Shown here: positions 19,731 to 30,143 of the stretch, in pieces
Layout of the letters: each line of letters opens with the position of its first letter
How positions within the stretch are numbered: the first letter of the stretch is position 1
Origin: a virus
Taxonomy: Duplodnaviria; Caudoviricetes
DNA: 57,870 nt
Direction: 5' to 3' (one strand)
Virus record (IMG/VR): IMGVR_UViG_3300049489_000130
Span: 1 to 57,870 of that record
Made by a program: the position numbers and the translations under genes
Notes under the pieces: generated by a model
What the model saw: only the letters and a program-made list of their open reading frames with translations
What the model was told of the DNA's origin: nothing
Database searches by the model: none

Positions 19731-19752
19731 CTCTTCGAAAGGAAACCTCAAA

Positions 19753-21729
19753 ATGAAAGCAGATTTTAGCGGTTACGCCACTAAGGCTGGACTCAAGTGC
19801 ACCGACGGTCGGACCATCATGCCTGATGCGTTCAAACACCAGGATAAGTCTCGAGTTCCGCTTGTGTGGCAGCACGGCCATACCAATCCCGAAAACGTTC
19901 TCGGCCACGCTATTCTTGAGAACCGTGATGACGGCGTTTACGCCTACGGTTTCTTCAATAGCACGGATAAGGCCGAGCACACTAAACAGCTCCTTGAGCA
20001 TGGTGACATCAGTATGTTGTCCATTTGGGCAAATAACCTGATCGAGCGTTCGGGTAACGTCCTTCATGGAGCTATCCGTGAGGTCAGCCTTGTACTGTCG
20101 GGTGCAAACCCAGGGGCAGTCATCGAAAATGTTTCTATTCGCCATTCCGATGGTGACACCGAAGTCGTGGACGATGAGGCGATTATCTACACCGGTCTCG
20201 AACTTGAGCACGGTGACTTGAAAGAAGATGACACCGACGATGAAGACAAAACAATCGTTGATGAAGTCGAGGAAATCAAGCACGCCGATGAAGACGCAGA
20301 CGAAGAGGATGAGGAAACCGTCCAGGACGTCTACGACTCTCTCACGGACAAGCAGAAGGACGTTGTGCATTATATGATTGGGGAAGCACTCCAGTCAGCA
20401 GACGCCGAAATGAAACAAAGCAGTACTGATGATACCAACAATACCGATCCGGAAGGAAAAGAAATGACGCACAACGTTTTCGAGACCAAGGGCGATGCCG
20501 AGGGTAAGACCGTGATCTCGCACGATGACATGAAGTCCATTGTTAACACTGCGGCCCGGACCGGTTCGCTCAAGCACGCCGTCGAAGAGTACGCTCTGGC
20601 GCACGGCATCACCAACATCGAAGTTCTCTTCCCTGAGGCTCAGCTTGTTGGTAACGTGCCTGAATGGGTCAAGCGTCGCACCGAATGGGTCGACACCCTT
20701 CTGGGCGCAACCCGTAAGAGCCCGTTCTCGCGGATCAAGACGATCAGTGCAGACATCACCTTCGAAGAGGCTCGCGCCAAGGGTTATGTTACCGGGACGT
20801 TGAAGAAGGAAGAGTTCTTCGGCGTTCAGACTCGTAGCACGACTCCGACGACCATCTACAAGAAGCAGGCGCTGGATCGTGACGACGTTCTCGATATCAC
20901 CGACTTCGATGTGGTTTCTTGGCTCAAGGCCGAGATGCGGCTTATGCTTGATGAGGAATTGGCTCGCGCCATCCTGATCGGTGACGGTCGTGACATTGCC
21001 AGCGAAGACAAGGTCAACGAGGGTAACATCCGTCCCATCGCTAAGGATCATGAGCTCTACACCACGACGGTTAGTGTTAACGTCACGGATGCAAACTCCT
21101 CGATGACCGAGGTTGTCGATGCTGTCATCCTGAACCGCCACAAGCTCAAGGGCACTGGTATGCCAACGTTCTTTACGACCGAGTATTGGATCGCACGATT
21201 CCTGCTCCTTCGTGATGCTGACGGTCACCGCATCTACAAGACCCTCGATGATCTGGCCGCGGAGCTCCGCGTTTCCTCGATCGTTGCTGTTGAGGCGATG
21301 ATGGATGACCCGACGATTGTCGGTATCATGGTGAACCCGGTTGACTATGTCATCGGCGCCGATAAGGGCGGAAACGTCAGCATGTTTGACGACTTCGACA
21401 TTGACTATAACAAGCAGAAGTATCTGATCGAGACCCGCGTTTCTGGCGCGTTGGTCAAGGTCAAGTCTGCTATGGTCATCAAGAGCGTTCCTGGAACTGA
21501 TGTTCTGGTCAGCCCGAATGAGCCGACCTTCAACACCACGACGGGTGTTCTGTCGATTGTCAACCAGACGGGTGTCATCTACAAGAATGGCGCAACCGTG
21601 GTTAACGCTGCCGGCTCGCCGTACGCTGCAATCGCATCTGGTGCTTCTATCACCATCGACGCAACGCCTGCTCCGGGTTACTACTTCGCCACGAGCGACA
21701 ACGACTCCTGGACTTTCACGCGCGACTGA
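19753..21729 (+). CDS. Prohead protease - scaffold - major capsid protein fusion (HK97 fold) with C-terminal Ig-like extension
   Basis: FSGYA, PLVWQH and EVSLV..GANP protease motifs; acidic linker; AILIGDG capsid motif. Confidence 0.92.
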   Translation: MKADFSGYATKAGLKCTDGRTIMPDAFKHQDKSRVPLVWQHGHTNPENVLGHAILENRDDGVYAYGFFNSTDKAEHTKQLLEHGDISMLSIWANNLIERSGNVLHGAIREVSLVLSGANPGAVIENVSIRHSDGDTEVVDDEAIIYTGLELEHGDLKEDDTDDEDKTIVDEVEEIKHADEDADEEDEETVQDVYDSLTDKQKDVVHYMIGEALQSADAEMKQSSTDDTNNTDPEGKEMTHNVFETKGDAEGKTVISHDDMKSIVNTAARTGSLKHAVEEYALAHGITNIEVLFPEAQLVGNVPEWVKRRTEWVDTLLGATRKSPFSRIKTISADITFEEARAKGYVTGTLKKEEFFGVQTRSTTPTTIYKKQALDRDDVLDITDFDVVSWLKAEMRLMLDEELARAILIGDGRDIASEDKVNEGNIRPIAKDHELYTTTVSVNVTDANSSMTEVVDAVILNRHKLKGTGMPTFFTTEYWIARFLLLRDADGHRIYKTLDDLAAELRVSSIVAVEAMMDDPTIVGIMVNPVDYVIGADKGGNVSMFDDFDIDYNKQKYLIETRVSGALVKVKSAMVIKSVPGTDVLVSPNEPTFNTTTGVLSIVNQTGVIYKNGATVVNAAGSPYAAIASGASITIDATPAPGYYFATSDNDSWTFTRD

Positions 21730-21750
21730 TTTTAACGTAAGGAAGTCAAA

Positions 21751-22101
21751 ATGGCACGATTTTATGGAGAAATCGGTTATGGTACCACCTTAGAGTCCCC
21801 TCCAGACTCGGGTATTTATGTTGACGACATCACGGAATATTCATATTTCGGGGATGTTATACGTAATACTCGTAAATCGGAGAGTGGGGAATATCTGAAC
21901 AATGATATTTCCGTTGGGAACTCTATAAGTATCGTTGCTGATCAATATGCCATTGAACACTTCTTTGCCATTCGTTATATTCGGTGGGCGGGGGCTCTTT
22001 GGACTGTGACTGATGTCGAAGTCCGGAGCCCCCGCCTTATCCTTAGCCTTGGGAGTGTATACAATGGCCCCACGAGTCCAGTTGCAGGCCCTTTTTATTG
22101 A
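21751..22101 (+). CDS. Head closure / stopper protein
   Basis: Position after the capsid gene and small beta-rich character. Confidence 0.65.
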   Translation: MARFYGEIGYGTTLESPPDSGIYVDDITEYSYFGDVIRNTRKSESGEYLNNDISVGNSISIVADQYAIEHFFAIRYIRWAGALWTVTDVEVRSPRLILSLGSVYNGPTSPVAGPFY

Positions 22102-22369
22102 GCTCCTAGGGTCAAATAACGTATATTTTCAACCACCTCCTAACCTGCAGATGAAATACCCCTGTATCGTCTATAAAAGAGATGATCAGAGAATTCGTTC
22201 TGCAAACAATAAACCGTATAGCCATCGAACGCGGTATCAGGTCACGGTCATCGACCAAAATCCGGATAGCGTCATTCCATCAAAGATAGCTGAGTTACCT
22301 CTCTGTGTTTTTGATCGATTCTACACGGCCGAAAACCTCAACCATGATGTCTACAACATATTCTTCTAA
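22064..22369 (+). CDS. Tail terminator protein
   Basis: VYFQPP..YPCIVY motif; directly precedes the major tail gene. Confidence 0.7.
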   Translation: MAPRVQLQALFIELLGSNNVYFQPPPNLQMKYPCIVYKRDDQRIRSANNKPYSHRTRYQVTVIDQNPDSVIPSKIAELPLCVFDRFYTAENLNHDVYNIFF

Positions 22370-22380
22370 AGGAGAAAGAA

Positions 22381-23271
22381 ATGGCAGTTCTTACGTGGGA
22401 CAATGTCGGGCAGCGGTTCTATGAGACCGGTGTCGATCGCGGCGTCCTTTATATCCCTGATAACTTTGGTGTCTACAATGACGGTGTAGCTTGGAACGGT
22501 CTTACGAGCGTTACCGAGTCGCCTTCCGGCGCCGAGCCGAATGCGATGTATGCTGATAATATCAAGTACCTCAACCTCTTTTCGGTCGAGGAATTCAGCG
22601 CCACGCTTGAGGCCTATACTTACCCGGATGAGTTTGCTCTGTTCGACGGTTTCGTTTCGCCTTCGGCGGGCGTGACTATCGGTCAGCAGACGCGTGGAGT
22701 GTTTGGTCTTTCATATCGTACTCGTTTGGGTAATGATGTGGACCAGGACGACTATGGCTATAAGTTGCACCTCATCTACGGCTGCAAGGCATCTCCTTCG
22801 GAGCGTAACTACGCAACGATTAACGATTCGCCTGAGGCGATTTCGTTTAGTTGGGAGATTTCTACTACTCCGGTGGCATCGACTGGTAACAAGCCGACTT
22901 CCATCATCACGATTGATTCCACGAAGGTTCTCCCGGCTAACCTGGTGACCCTCGAGAACCTTCTGTATGGTACGGCCGGCTCCGAGCCTTCGCTTCCGCT
23001 TCCGGATGATGTTGTTGCCATCTTTGCTGGTGGTCAGACGGCAGTGACAACTCAGAACCCGACCTTTGTGTCGGCAACTGGTGTTATTACTATCCCGTCG
23101 GTTACTGGTGTCACGTATCGTCGCGCTGACACCAACGCCATCGTTACTGGCACTGTCACCATTTCTGGTGGCGCAGGAGCAAACCTTGTCATCACGGCCG
23201 CTCCGACGAACAGCACTTATGTGTTCACGCCGCAGAGCGACACCGATTGGTCGTTCACTCGCACCGCGTAA
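22381..23271 (+). CDS. Major tail protein with C-terminal Ig-like extension
   Basis: YETGVDRGVLY, WNGLTSV, YADNIKY and AYTYPDEF motifs. Confidence 0.9.
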   Translation: MAVLTWDNVGQRFYETGVDRGVLYIPDNFGVYNDGVAWNGLTSVTESPSGAEPNAMYADNIKYLNLFSVEEFSATLEAYTYPDEFALFDGFVSPSAGVTIGQQTRGVFGLSYRTRLGNDVDQDDYGYKLHLIYGCKASPSERNYATINDSPEAISFSWEISTTPVASTGNKPTSIITIDSTKVLPANLVTLENLLYGTAGSEPSLPLPDDVVAIFAGGQTAVTTQNPTFVSATGVITIPSVTGVTYRRADTNAIVTGTVTISGGAGANLVITAAPTNSTYVFTPQSDTDWSFTRTA

Positions 23272-23285
23272 TTTTCAAGTTCAAT

Positions 23286-23325
23286 AAGGGGGTTGGGAGT
23301 CTTAGTTGGCTCTCAGCCCCCTTTT
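23286..23325 (+). terminator. Rho-independent terminator
   Basis: AAGGGGGTTGGGAGTC / GGCTCTCAGCCCCCTTTT hairpin after the major tail gene. Confidence 0.8.
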
Positions 23326-23340
23326 GATCACAAAACCTGA

Positions 23341-23733
23341 ATGGAGTATATCGTGGCTCAGCAATTTCCTATGAACATTACTGCCGGCATTCCCTATGGG
23401 AAATTAGTTACTGTTACGTTACCTTCAGGTCGTGTTTGGTGGACTTCTGGATCGCAATTCGAGGTCCTGTTCCAACTTCGTGAAGGACCCGATGTCAATT
23501 CGGCGCTTATTTCCGATTTAAGGCAGTATTTAACAGTCACTTATACAGGACCGAATACCGTCAGCATTGCGTTTGACATGACAGGGGAAGACACTCGAAC
23601 TTTAACCAAATCCGGCTATTACGATATGATCATATCTGATGTTGGTGTTGTGGATAACAGAGCGTTTATCGTTTTGAGTGGTGTTGTATATCTCACATCG
23701 ACAGTCACCGATTCTGTGGAGGCTAGCACATGA
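23341..23733 (+). CDS. Putative fibre adaptor protein
   Basis: Paralogous pattern to 8599-8916; precedes the fibre genes. Confidence 0.6.
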   Translation: MEYIVAQQFPMNITAGIPYGKLVTVTLPSGRVWWTSGSQFEVLFQLREGPDVNSALISDLRQYLTVTYTGPNTVSIAFDMTGEDTRTLTKSGYYDMIISDVGVVDNRAFIVLSGVVYLTSTVTDSVEAST

Positions 23734-26513
23734 GCGAACCATATGAGATTCTTGTTACTGTCGTCGATCTAGAGGGTAATAAAGGCGTCACTGGAGCTAC
23801 GGGTATTCAAGGTGTTCCGGGTCAGGTCACTAATGCGACACTCACGTCGGAAATGGCGCTGAAGGCGAATGTTGCCTCCCCGACTTTCACAGGCACACCG
23901 GCTGCTCCCACAGCGGCAACGAACACGAACACAACTCAGATTGCCACTACCGCACATGCACGCGCAAACCGAGCCGAGCTCGAGGCAGTCGATGCGCTCA
24001 AGGCGCCTCTTGCTTCCCCAACGCTGACTGGCACTCCGGCTGCTCCAACTGCAGCGACATCCACAAACACGACTCAGATTGCTACCACGGCGTATGTTCG
24101 TGCCAACCGTGCTGAGTTGGAGGCTGTAGATGCCGTAAAAGCACCTATAGTTTCTCCCGAGTTGACCGGTACTCCGGCTGCCCCAACACCATCTACCGCG
24201 GACAACACGACAAAAATTGCTACAACTGCTCATGTTCGCGCAAACCGGGCTGAGCTTCAGGTCGGGTTGGATCTAAAAACAACTATCGCCAACCCGAGTT
24301 TCACTGGTAACGTTGTCGTACCAGACGCTGTTGATGATGGTGCTATGGTGCAGAAGGTTCAGATGGAAGCCGCGATCGCAGAAGCGGACGCTGAACTCTA
24401 TCCGCATATTTCGCCTATTCCACCAGAAAATAACATTCCTGGTCGCCTCTGGATGAAGACGCCGGAAAATCACACGGCTATCAACATTGGGGGAGATAAT
24501 TTTGCCCCTCTCTGGCCCCCTACCGATAACCGTGCAGTGAATTCGAAAGCTGCTATTGAGTTATTAGAAGAAGCCGTCGGTTGGTGGGACGCAGCATATG
24601 CCGTTCCTGGAGAACAGTATGTCAAGAACCGCGGAAGTGGTGGAAGTGCTTTGGATGCTCGATATGGCACAACTGCTGGTAACACGATCATTCAGGATGG
24701 AAAAGCAGTTCTTCCCGGAACGGGTGGTTATTATCTTTCTGTACCCGACGATACCACCCTTGATATTACTGGTGATATTGAGATTGCAGTTCGCGCATCT
24801 GCCACTGATTGGACTCCAGGTTTAGTACAAACACTGGCTTCAAAACACGGAGCCTCTGGGCAACGTAGCTGGATATTGCGACTTGAGGTTGATGGTAGTC
24901 TTTCTTTTCATTACTCGGCAAATGGTTCCACTGTTACTGTCGTATACTCCATAGCCGTCTTACCTTTTTCAGACATACAAACTGGCTGGGTAAAACTGGT
25001 CTTTGATGCCAATAACGGTTCTGCTGGAACAACGACGAAGTTCTACTATGCATCTGATGAAGTAACAGAACCAACAGTCTGGACACAATTAGGGACGGAT
25101 AGAGTAACGGCAACGGCAATTAGTTTGTTTGCTTCTACGGCTACCGTATCGGTCGGCGCTACCTCAGAAGGGTTTTGGCCTTGGGTCGGCACAATCTACC
25201 GCGCCATAGTCCGTAACGGAATCGGCGGAACTACAGTGCTCGACGTAGACTGCTCAGTCGCAGCAGACCATGTGAGTACGTTCTACGCTCGTACCGGGCA
25301 ACTGGTGACTGTGAATCCGAGTGGTATTGACGCTTCAGAACCATTGTTTTTGCCGCATACGGGCGATAATTACCTGGCGTCAGTTGATGCAGAGTCAAGA
25401 ACTTCGGCAAATGGATTGTCGTTGACGTTTGCTGGCGATGCAGAAATGTTGGTGCGGTGCTCGTACCGAAACTGGCAAACGTCAAATGTCGAAACAGCAA
25501 TCTGGGCGCAGTTCGGAAGCATCTATAACCGATCGGCTGGACAGATTCATATTTCAATCAACACGAGCGGTGGCAGCGGAAGCGCCTCCATGACGGGTGT
25601 GAATCCATTTAACGCTGACCAGATCGTATGGTTGCGCTGGCGACGTATTGCATCCAGTGGCGTAACCACCTTGGACTGGGCGCCTAATTCTGTGCAGCCG
25701 CCATCGACAGGGTGGGTAAACATAATCAACACCACGTTCCGTGCTGGGGAACAGTTGGTTTCGGTGGTTGACATTGGTGTTGGTAGTTCTGGTATTGGTG
25801 CCGTCACAGACATGAACGGAGACATATATCGCACCATCATCCGCAACGGCATTGACGGCCCCACGGTCTTCGACTTTAACGCCGCCACCGACATTACCTC
25901 ATCTGCTGCAACTTCATTCACAGCAACAACCGGCCAAACCGTTACAGTCAACCGAGCAACAACTGGTCGCAAAACAACTCTAGTAACTCGCCCAGTTTGG
26001 CTCTTAGGTTCAGATGATCATTTAGAAGTTCTTGATAATCCTCTCATTAACTTCGACGTGACAAAATCATTCAGCGTTCTTATTATTTGTAAAATGTGGC
26101 ATTCTGCTAACTACTCCTCATTAATCTCAAAAAGACTAAGTGCAACAAACACAAACTATGGTTGGGCAATTCTTACGCCTAATAGTTTACGTCTTTTGGT
26201 TGAGTATAGAGGTGGTGGCGTTACTGATGACTGGGCTGCAACCTTACCCAGCCCTTCGTTTTCAGCAGGTCAAAATATTCTAGCGGCTTTAATACACAGT
26301 TCATCTGGGTCTAACAAAACCGTAGTAAATAATGTAGAAACAGTTTCTACAGATGCCTTAATAGACATGACGAATACTGAATCTCTCCTCATTGGAAAAG
26401 GTAATACTGGTGGAGATGGTTTTAATTTTGAGGTATATGCTGCAGCTATATTTGATCGAGCCCTAACAACAGAAGAAATTGCACTGATCAACAACTTCTA
26501 CGGGACGGTCTAA
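23730..26513 (+). CDS. Tail fibre / receptor-binding protein A (ASPTxTGTP repeats plus LamG-like domains)
   Basis: Collagen-like start, roughly 46-aa repeats, concanavalin/LamG-like motifs, ending RALTTEEI. Confidence 0.8.
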   Translation: MSEPYEILVTVVDLEGNKGVTGATGIQGVPGQVTNATLTSEMALKANVASPTFTGTPAAPTAATNTNTTQIATTAHARANRAELEAVDALKAPLASPTLTGTPAAPTAATSTNTTQIATTAYVRANRAELEAVDAVKAPIVSPELTGTPAAPTPSTADNTTKIATTAHVRANRAELQVGLDLKTTIANPSFTGNVVVPDAVDDGAMVQKVQMEAAIAEADAELYPHISPIPPENNIPGRLWMKTPENHTAINIGGDNFAPLWPPTDNRAVNSKAAIELLEEAVGWWDAAYAVPGEQYVKNRGSGGSALDARYGTTAGNTIIQDGKAVLPGTGGYYLSVPDDTTLDITGDIEIAVRASATDWTPGLVQTLASKHGASGQRSWILRLEVDGSLSFHYSANGSTVTVVYSIAVLPFSDIQTGWVKLVFDANNGSAGTTTKFYYASDEVTEPTVWTQLGTDRVTATAISLFASTATVSVGATSEGFWPWVGTIYRAIVRNGIGGTTVLDVDCSVAADHVSTFYARTGQLVTVNPSGIDASEPLFLPHTGDNYLASVDAESRTSANGLSLTFAGDAEMLVRCSYRNWQTSNVETAIWAQFGSIYNRSAGQIHISINTSGGSGSASMTGVNPFNADQIVWLRWRRIASSGVTTLDWAPNSVQPPSTGWVNIINTTFRAGEQLVSVVDIGVGSSGIGAVTDMNGDIYRTIIRNGIDGPTVFDFNAATDITSSAATSFTATTGQTVTVNRATTGRKTTLVTRPVWLLGSDDHLEVLDNPLINFDVTKSFSVLIICKMWHSANYSSLISKRLSATNTNYGWAILTPNSLRLLVEYRGGGVTDDWAATLPSPSFSAGQNILAALIHSSSGSNKTVVNNVETVSTDALIDMTNTESLLIGKGNTGGDGFNFEVYAAAIFDRALTTEEIALINNFYGTV

Positions 26514-26566
26514 TGCATCACGCCCCGTCTACAAATACGCCAGTCTAGATCCCATAAGGAGTAAAA

Positions 26567-28729
26567 ATGGCTGATACATATAACATTACTGTAACGGTAA
26601 GCAACCTTAAGGGCGCGACTGGCGACACGGGGCTTCAAGGGCCACAGGGAATTCCGGGGGAGGTGCAGACCGCTGATCTCAACGCCGCACTGGCATTGAA
26701 GGCGAATCTGGCCTCCCCCACCCTGACCGGTACACCAGCAGCTCCTACGGCCGCTACTGCTACCAATACGACACAGATTGCGACAACCGCATTCGTTCGG
26801 GCAAACCGTACTGAGTTGGAAGCTGTGGATGCCCTCAAGGCACCTATTGCTTCTCCAACGTTCACCGGTACACCTGCTGCTCCGACGGCTTCGGTTGCAA
26901 CCAACACCACGCAGATCGCAACCACGGCGTTCGTGCGTACAAACCGCGCAGAGCTAGAGGCGGTTGATACGCTCAAGGCGCCGCTTGCATCACCCACGTT
27001 CACGGGCACGCCTGCTGCCCCAACACCGCCAGTTGCGACCAACACGACTCAGATCGCCACGACAGCATATGTCCAGGCGAACCGGGCAGAGCTTCAGGCC
27101 GCAATTGATTTGAAGGCGCCTATCTCCAACCCGACATTTACGGGTAACGTGGTTGTACCGACGGCAGACGCTCCCACAGAAGCAGTCAACAAACTCCAGA
27201 TGGAGACCGCGATTGCTGCTGCAGATGCTGCTAACTTCACGGTGATCTCACCTAACCCCCCGGAGACCAACAAGCCGGGACGAGTCTGGTTGAAGACGCC
27301 GCAGTTTCACGCCGCAATCAATGCGAGTGGAGACAACTTCGCTCCTCTTTGGCCTCCTACCGACAACCGAGCCGTAGAATCCAAGGCGGCTGTCAAGCTT
27401 CTCAAGGAAGCCGTCGGTTGGTGGGATGCTGGTTATTCGGTTCCTGGCGAACAGTATGCTGTGAACCGCGGTACGGGTGGAAGTGCTTTGGATGCCAGGT
27501 ATGGATCTGCTGCTGGGGTAGACAGTTCAGACCCATTGTTGCTGCCGCATACCGGTGAGAATTATGTGTATATCGAAACGCCACCCCATCCCGCAGGCCC
27601 TTTATTTGCTCCTTATCAAGCAGATTTTCATGCTCCTGGCAACTTTTCCTTCACCGCCAAATTTCAGCTTCCCGATTCTGGAGTAACTTATGGTATAGGA
27701 GGCCGGCAAAACGGAACTATAGGGGTGTTCAATCTTAATTTGAATTCAGATAGAACCCTTGGTTTGGAACTAGATGATGGCACCGGTAGCACTGGAGCAA
27801 ACTCTACTGTTTCTCTTAGTAGTGTTGGTTACTCATTAGGGGGCATTCTTTGGGTAAAGATGACTTTTAGATCTTCAGATAGAAGAGTTCAGTTTTTTTA
27901 CGCTGAAAATAGCTTGAATGAGCCCACTCTTTGGACTAACTTAGGCGCAGATGTTACTCATTCAAAATCTGGGCAACAGGCAACTAGTGCGGTTGGGATC
28001 GTTCTTGGCGCCAGGTATGGGGCGCAAAATGTTTTAAAAACAGCTTTATTTCGAGCTATTTATCATAACGATACCGCAAAAGTCTTCGACTTTAATGCCG
28101 CCACCGACATTACCTCATCCGGTGCAACTTCATTCACGGCCACAACCGGTCAGACCGTCACTGTAAACCGAGCCACTACAGGCCGCAAAACCGCACTAGT
28201 CACTCGCCCAGTTTGGTTATTTGGCACAGATGACTATATGGAAGTTCCTGACAATGCTTTGTTGGACTTTGGTGTCAATGATGATTTTACGGTATTAGCC
28301 ATATTCCGATCATGGGATCCTGGTCTTGGTTCAACTAATTTTGCCGCTGTATCTAAAGGCAATGGGGCAATGAATGCGAACGGATGGGTTCTTGCACAGC
28401 AGGGAACCATCAGAAATATATATGCCGGAATAAGAGATACAACTCTGACTCAATCGGTTGGTGGAGCTCCAGCGTTTGGCGCTTTATCCCTAGCCTTAAT
28501 GTTGGTTGATAGAACTGCGGATACATTAAAAGCTGGACATAATAACACTATTACTGCTGGATCAGCTATTCTTTCAACGGAAGCCTTTTCTAACTCTCTA
28601 AATCTTAGGATCGGTTCTTATTCAGATTCACCGCAATCAAATGGTGAGATTATCGCAGCAGCAGTCTTCCGTCGTGTCCTCACCACCAACGAAATCTTAC
28701 TCATCAACCAATTCTACGGGACGGTATAA
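26567..28729 (+). CDS. Tail fibre / receptor-binding protein B, paralog of A
   Basis: Same repeats, shared blocks and the same FYGTV C-terminus. Confidence 0.8.
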   Translation: MADTYNITVTVSNLKGATGDTGLQGPQGIPGEVQTADLNAALALKANLASPTLTGTPAAPTAATATNTTQIATTAFVRANRTELEAVDALKAPIASPTFTGTPAAPTASVATNTTQIATTAFVRTNRAELEAVDTLKAPLASPTFTGTPAAPTPPVATNTTQIATTAYVQANRAELQAAIDLKAPISNPTFTGNVVVPTADAPTEAVNKLQMETAIAAADAANFTVISPNPPETNKPGRVWLKTPQFHAAINASGDNFAPLWPPTDNRAVESKAAVKLLKEAVGWWDAGYSVPGEQYAVNRGTGGSALDARYGSAAGVDSSDPLLLPHTGENYVYIETPPHPAGPLFAPYQADFHAPGNFSFTAKFQLPDSGVTYGIGGRQNGTIGVFNLNLNSDRTLGLELDDGTGSTGANSTVSLSSVGYSLGGILWVKMTFRSSDRRVQFFYAENSLNEPTLWTNLGADVTHSKSGQQATSAVGIVLGARYGAQNVLKTALFRAIYHNDTAKVFDFNAATDITSSGATSFTATTGQTVTVNRATTGRKTALVTRPVWLFGTDDYMEVPDNALLDFGVNDDFTVLAIFRSWDPGLGSTNFAAVSKGNGAMNANGWVLAQQGTIRNIYAGIRDTTLTQSVGGAPAFGALSLALMLVDRTADTLKAGHNNTITAGSAILSTEAFSNSLNLRIGSYSDSPQSNGEIIAAAVFRRVLTTNEILLINQFYGTV

Positions 28730-28731
28730 CC

Positions 28732-29298
28732 ATGGCATGGCAAATCGGAGATACACTCGCCGCATGGCGAACTAGAAACGCGACAACCTTTGCACCTACG
28801 ACTCCTCCTGTAGTTGGGGCCTCTGCTCCCGTAACCGCATACGATGCCACTACTGGTCGTCTAGCTATTGGCGGAGTTGAAATGGGTGATACTGGGTGGA
28901 GAGTGTTCAACTCTACCAATAGTAACGTCACTTCCAGTAGCGTTAGGGTTCGTCGCATTGGGTCTACTATCATGTTAGACTTCGTGCAAAACATTGTTTG
29001 TTCTGATACTTCATCGAGTGCTTCTGACCCTATCGATTTGGGAATTAATCTAGGTACCGGTTGGCGTCCTCTCGGCGAAGGTAATCAGACGCACGCACTT
29101 CTTCAAGATAATGCGTCATCTCAGAGACACGTTTTAATAACAGGTACGGCGCAAATACAGTATCTATGGCGACAAGCATACCCCGGTTCTGGATCATTCC
29201 ATACGGGTAGAGATTCGGTTCAGTATTCTACATCGGATACATGGCCTGCCTCACTACCCGGTGCCCTTGGCACAGCTCCACTCACAGTAGCTCTATAA
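28732..29298 (+). CDS. Minor tail protein
   Basis: GDTGWR, VRRIG and W.P motifs typical of phage fibre C-terminal domains. Confidence 0.65.
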   Translation: MAWQIGDTLAAWRTRNATTFAPTTPPVVGASAPVTAYDATTGRLAIGGVEMGDTGWRVFNSTNSNVTSSSVRVRRIGSTIMLDFVQNIVCSDTSSSASDPIDLGINLGTGWRPLGEGNQTHALLQDNASSQRHVLITGTAQIQYLWRQAYPGSGSFHTGRDSVQYSTSDTWPASLPGALGTAPLTVAL

Positions 29299-29313
29299 CC
29301 AAAAGGACACATC

Positions 29314-29571
29314 ATGGCAGTAACACTACAAGTACTCGTATCCGACGAGGAGCAGGCTTACATCGTAGACCTGGCCTCCAAGATTGCCCCCGGCATGACA
29401 GGCCCCCAGTTGGTCCAGTGGGCTCAGGGCGTTTGTAAGAAGGCCCTCAAGGAAGAAGTGCTCAAGCAGGCCCGAGACCTCCTCATGCAAGAAGAACTCG
29501 AGGCGGCAAATGAAGCACGTCGACAATTTGAGGCAGCAGCTCAGACGGCTTGGCCAGAAGAGCAGGTTTGA
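29314..29571 (+). CDS. Hypothetical protein (possible fibre chaperone)
   Basis: Small acidic helical ORF with RBS. Confidence 0.55.
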   Translation: MAVTLQVLVSDEEQAYIVDLASKIAPGMTGPQLVQWAQGVCKKALKEEVLKQARDLLMQEELEAANEARRQFEAAAQTAWPEEQV

Positions 29572-29590
29572 TCACGAGGGAGACCAAAGA

Positions 29591-30133
29591 ATGCTCAAGG
29601 TAACAATTCCAGGAGATGAATTCTTCGACGAAGTAACCGACACATTCTTGACGGTCGGAGATGTCGAATTGGAGTTCGAGCATTCTTTGGTCTCTTTGTC
29701 AAAATGGGAGTCAGAATTCGAGAAACCCTTTCTCTCAAAAGAAGACAAGACTTCCGAAGAAACTTTAAAGTATGTTTACCACATGCTTTTAACACCTAAC
29801 GTGTCTTTTGATGTTATCGAAAAACTCACGAAACAAAATCTTGACGCGTTGAACACTTATATCAATTCGTTACAGTCAGCCACTACATTCGGCGAGATGC
29901 CTAAAACTCGCGGTAGCGGAGAGGTCATAACATCCGAACTCATATATTATTGGATGATTGCGTTCAACATACCGTTTGAATGTCAACACTGGCATATCAA
30001 TCGGCTTTTCTCTCTAGTGCGTATATGTAACATCAAGAACTCAAAGCCTAAAAAGATGGGGCGTCACGAGTTGGCGGCTCGTAATCGTGAGTTGAATGCA
30101 CAACGTCGCGAAAAGCTTGGTACCTCAGGATGA
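29591..30133 (+). CDS. Probable tail assembly chaperone
   Basis: EHSLVSLSKWES and ITSELIYYWM..FNIP motifs; tail module position. Confidence 0.65.
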   Translation: MLKVTIPGDEFFDEVTDTFLTVGDVELEFEHSLVSLSKWESEFEKPFLSKEDKTSEETLKYVYHMLLTPNVSFDVIEKLTKQNLDALNTYINSLQSATTFGEMPKTRGSGEVITSELIYYWMIAFNIPFECQHWHINRLFSLVRICNIKNSKPKKMGRHELAARNRELNAQRREKLGTSG

Positions 30134-30143
30134 AAGGACTATC

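Noticed and set aside
23730-28729. Diversity-generating retroelement TR/VR pair
   Set aside because: No reverse transcriptase; differences between shared blocks are mostly synonymous and not adenine-specific
29314-30133. Programmed frameshift in tail chaperone genes
   Set aside because: No clear slippery heptamer at the junction, and 29591 has its own RBS and ATG
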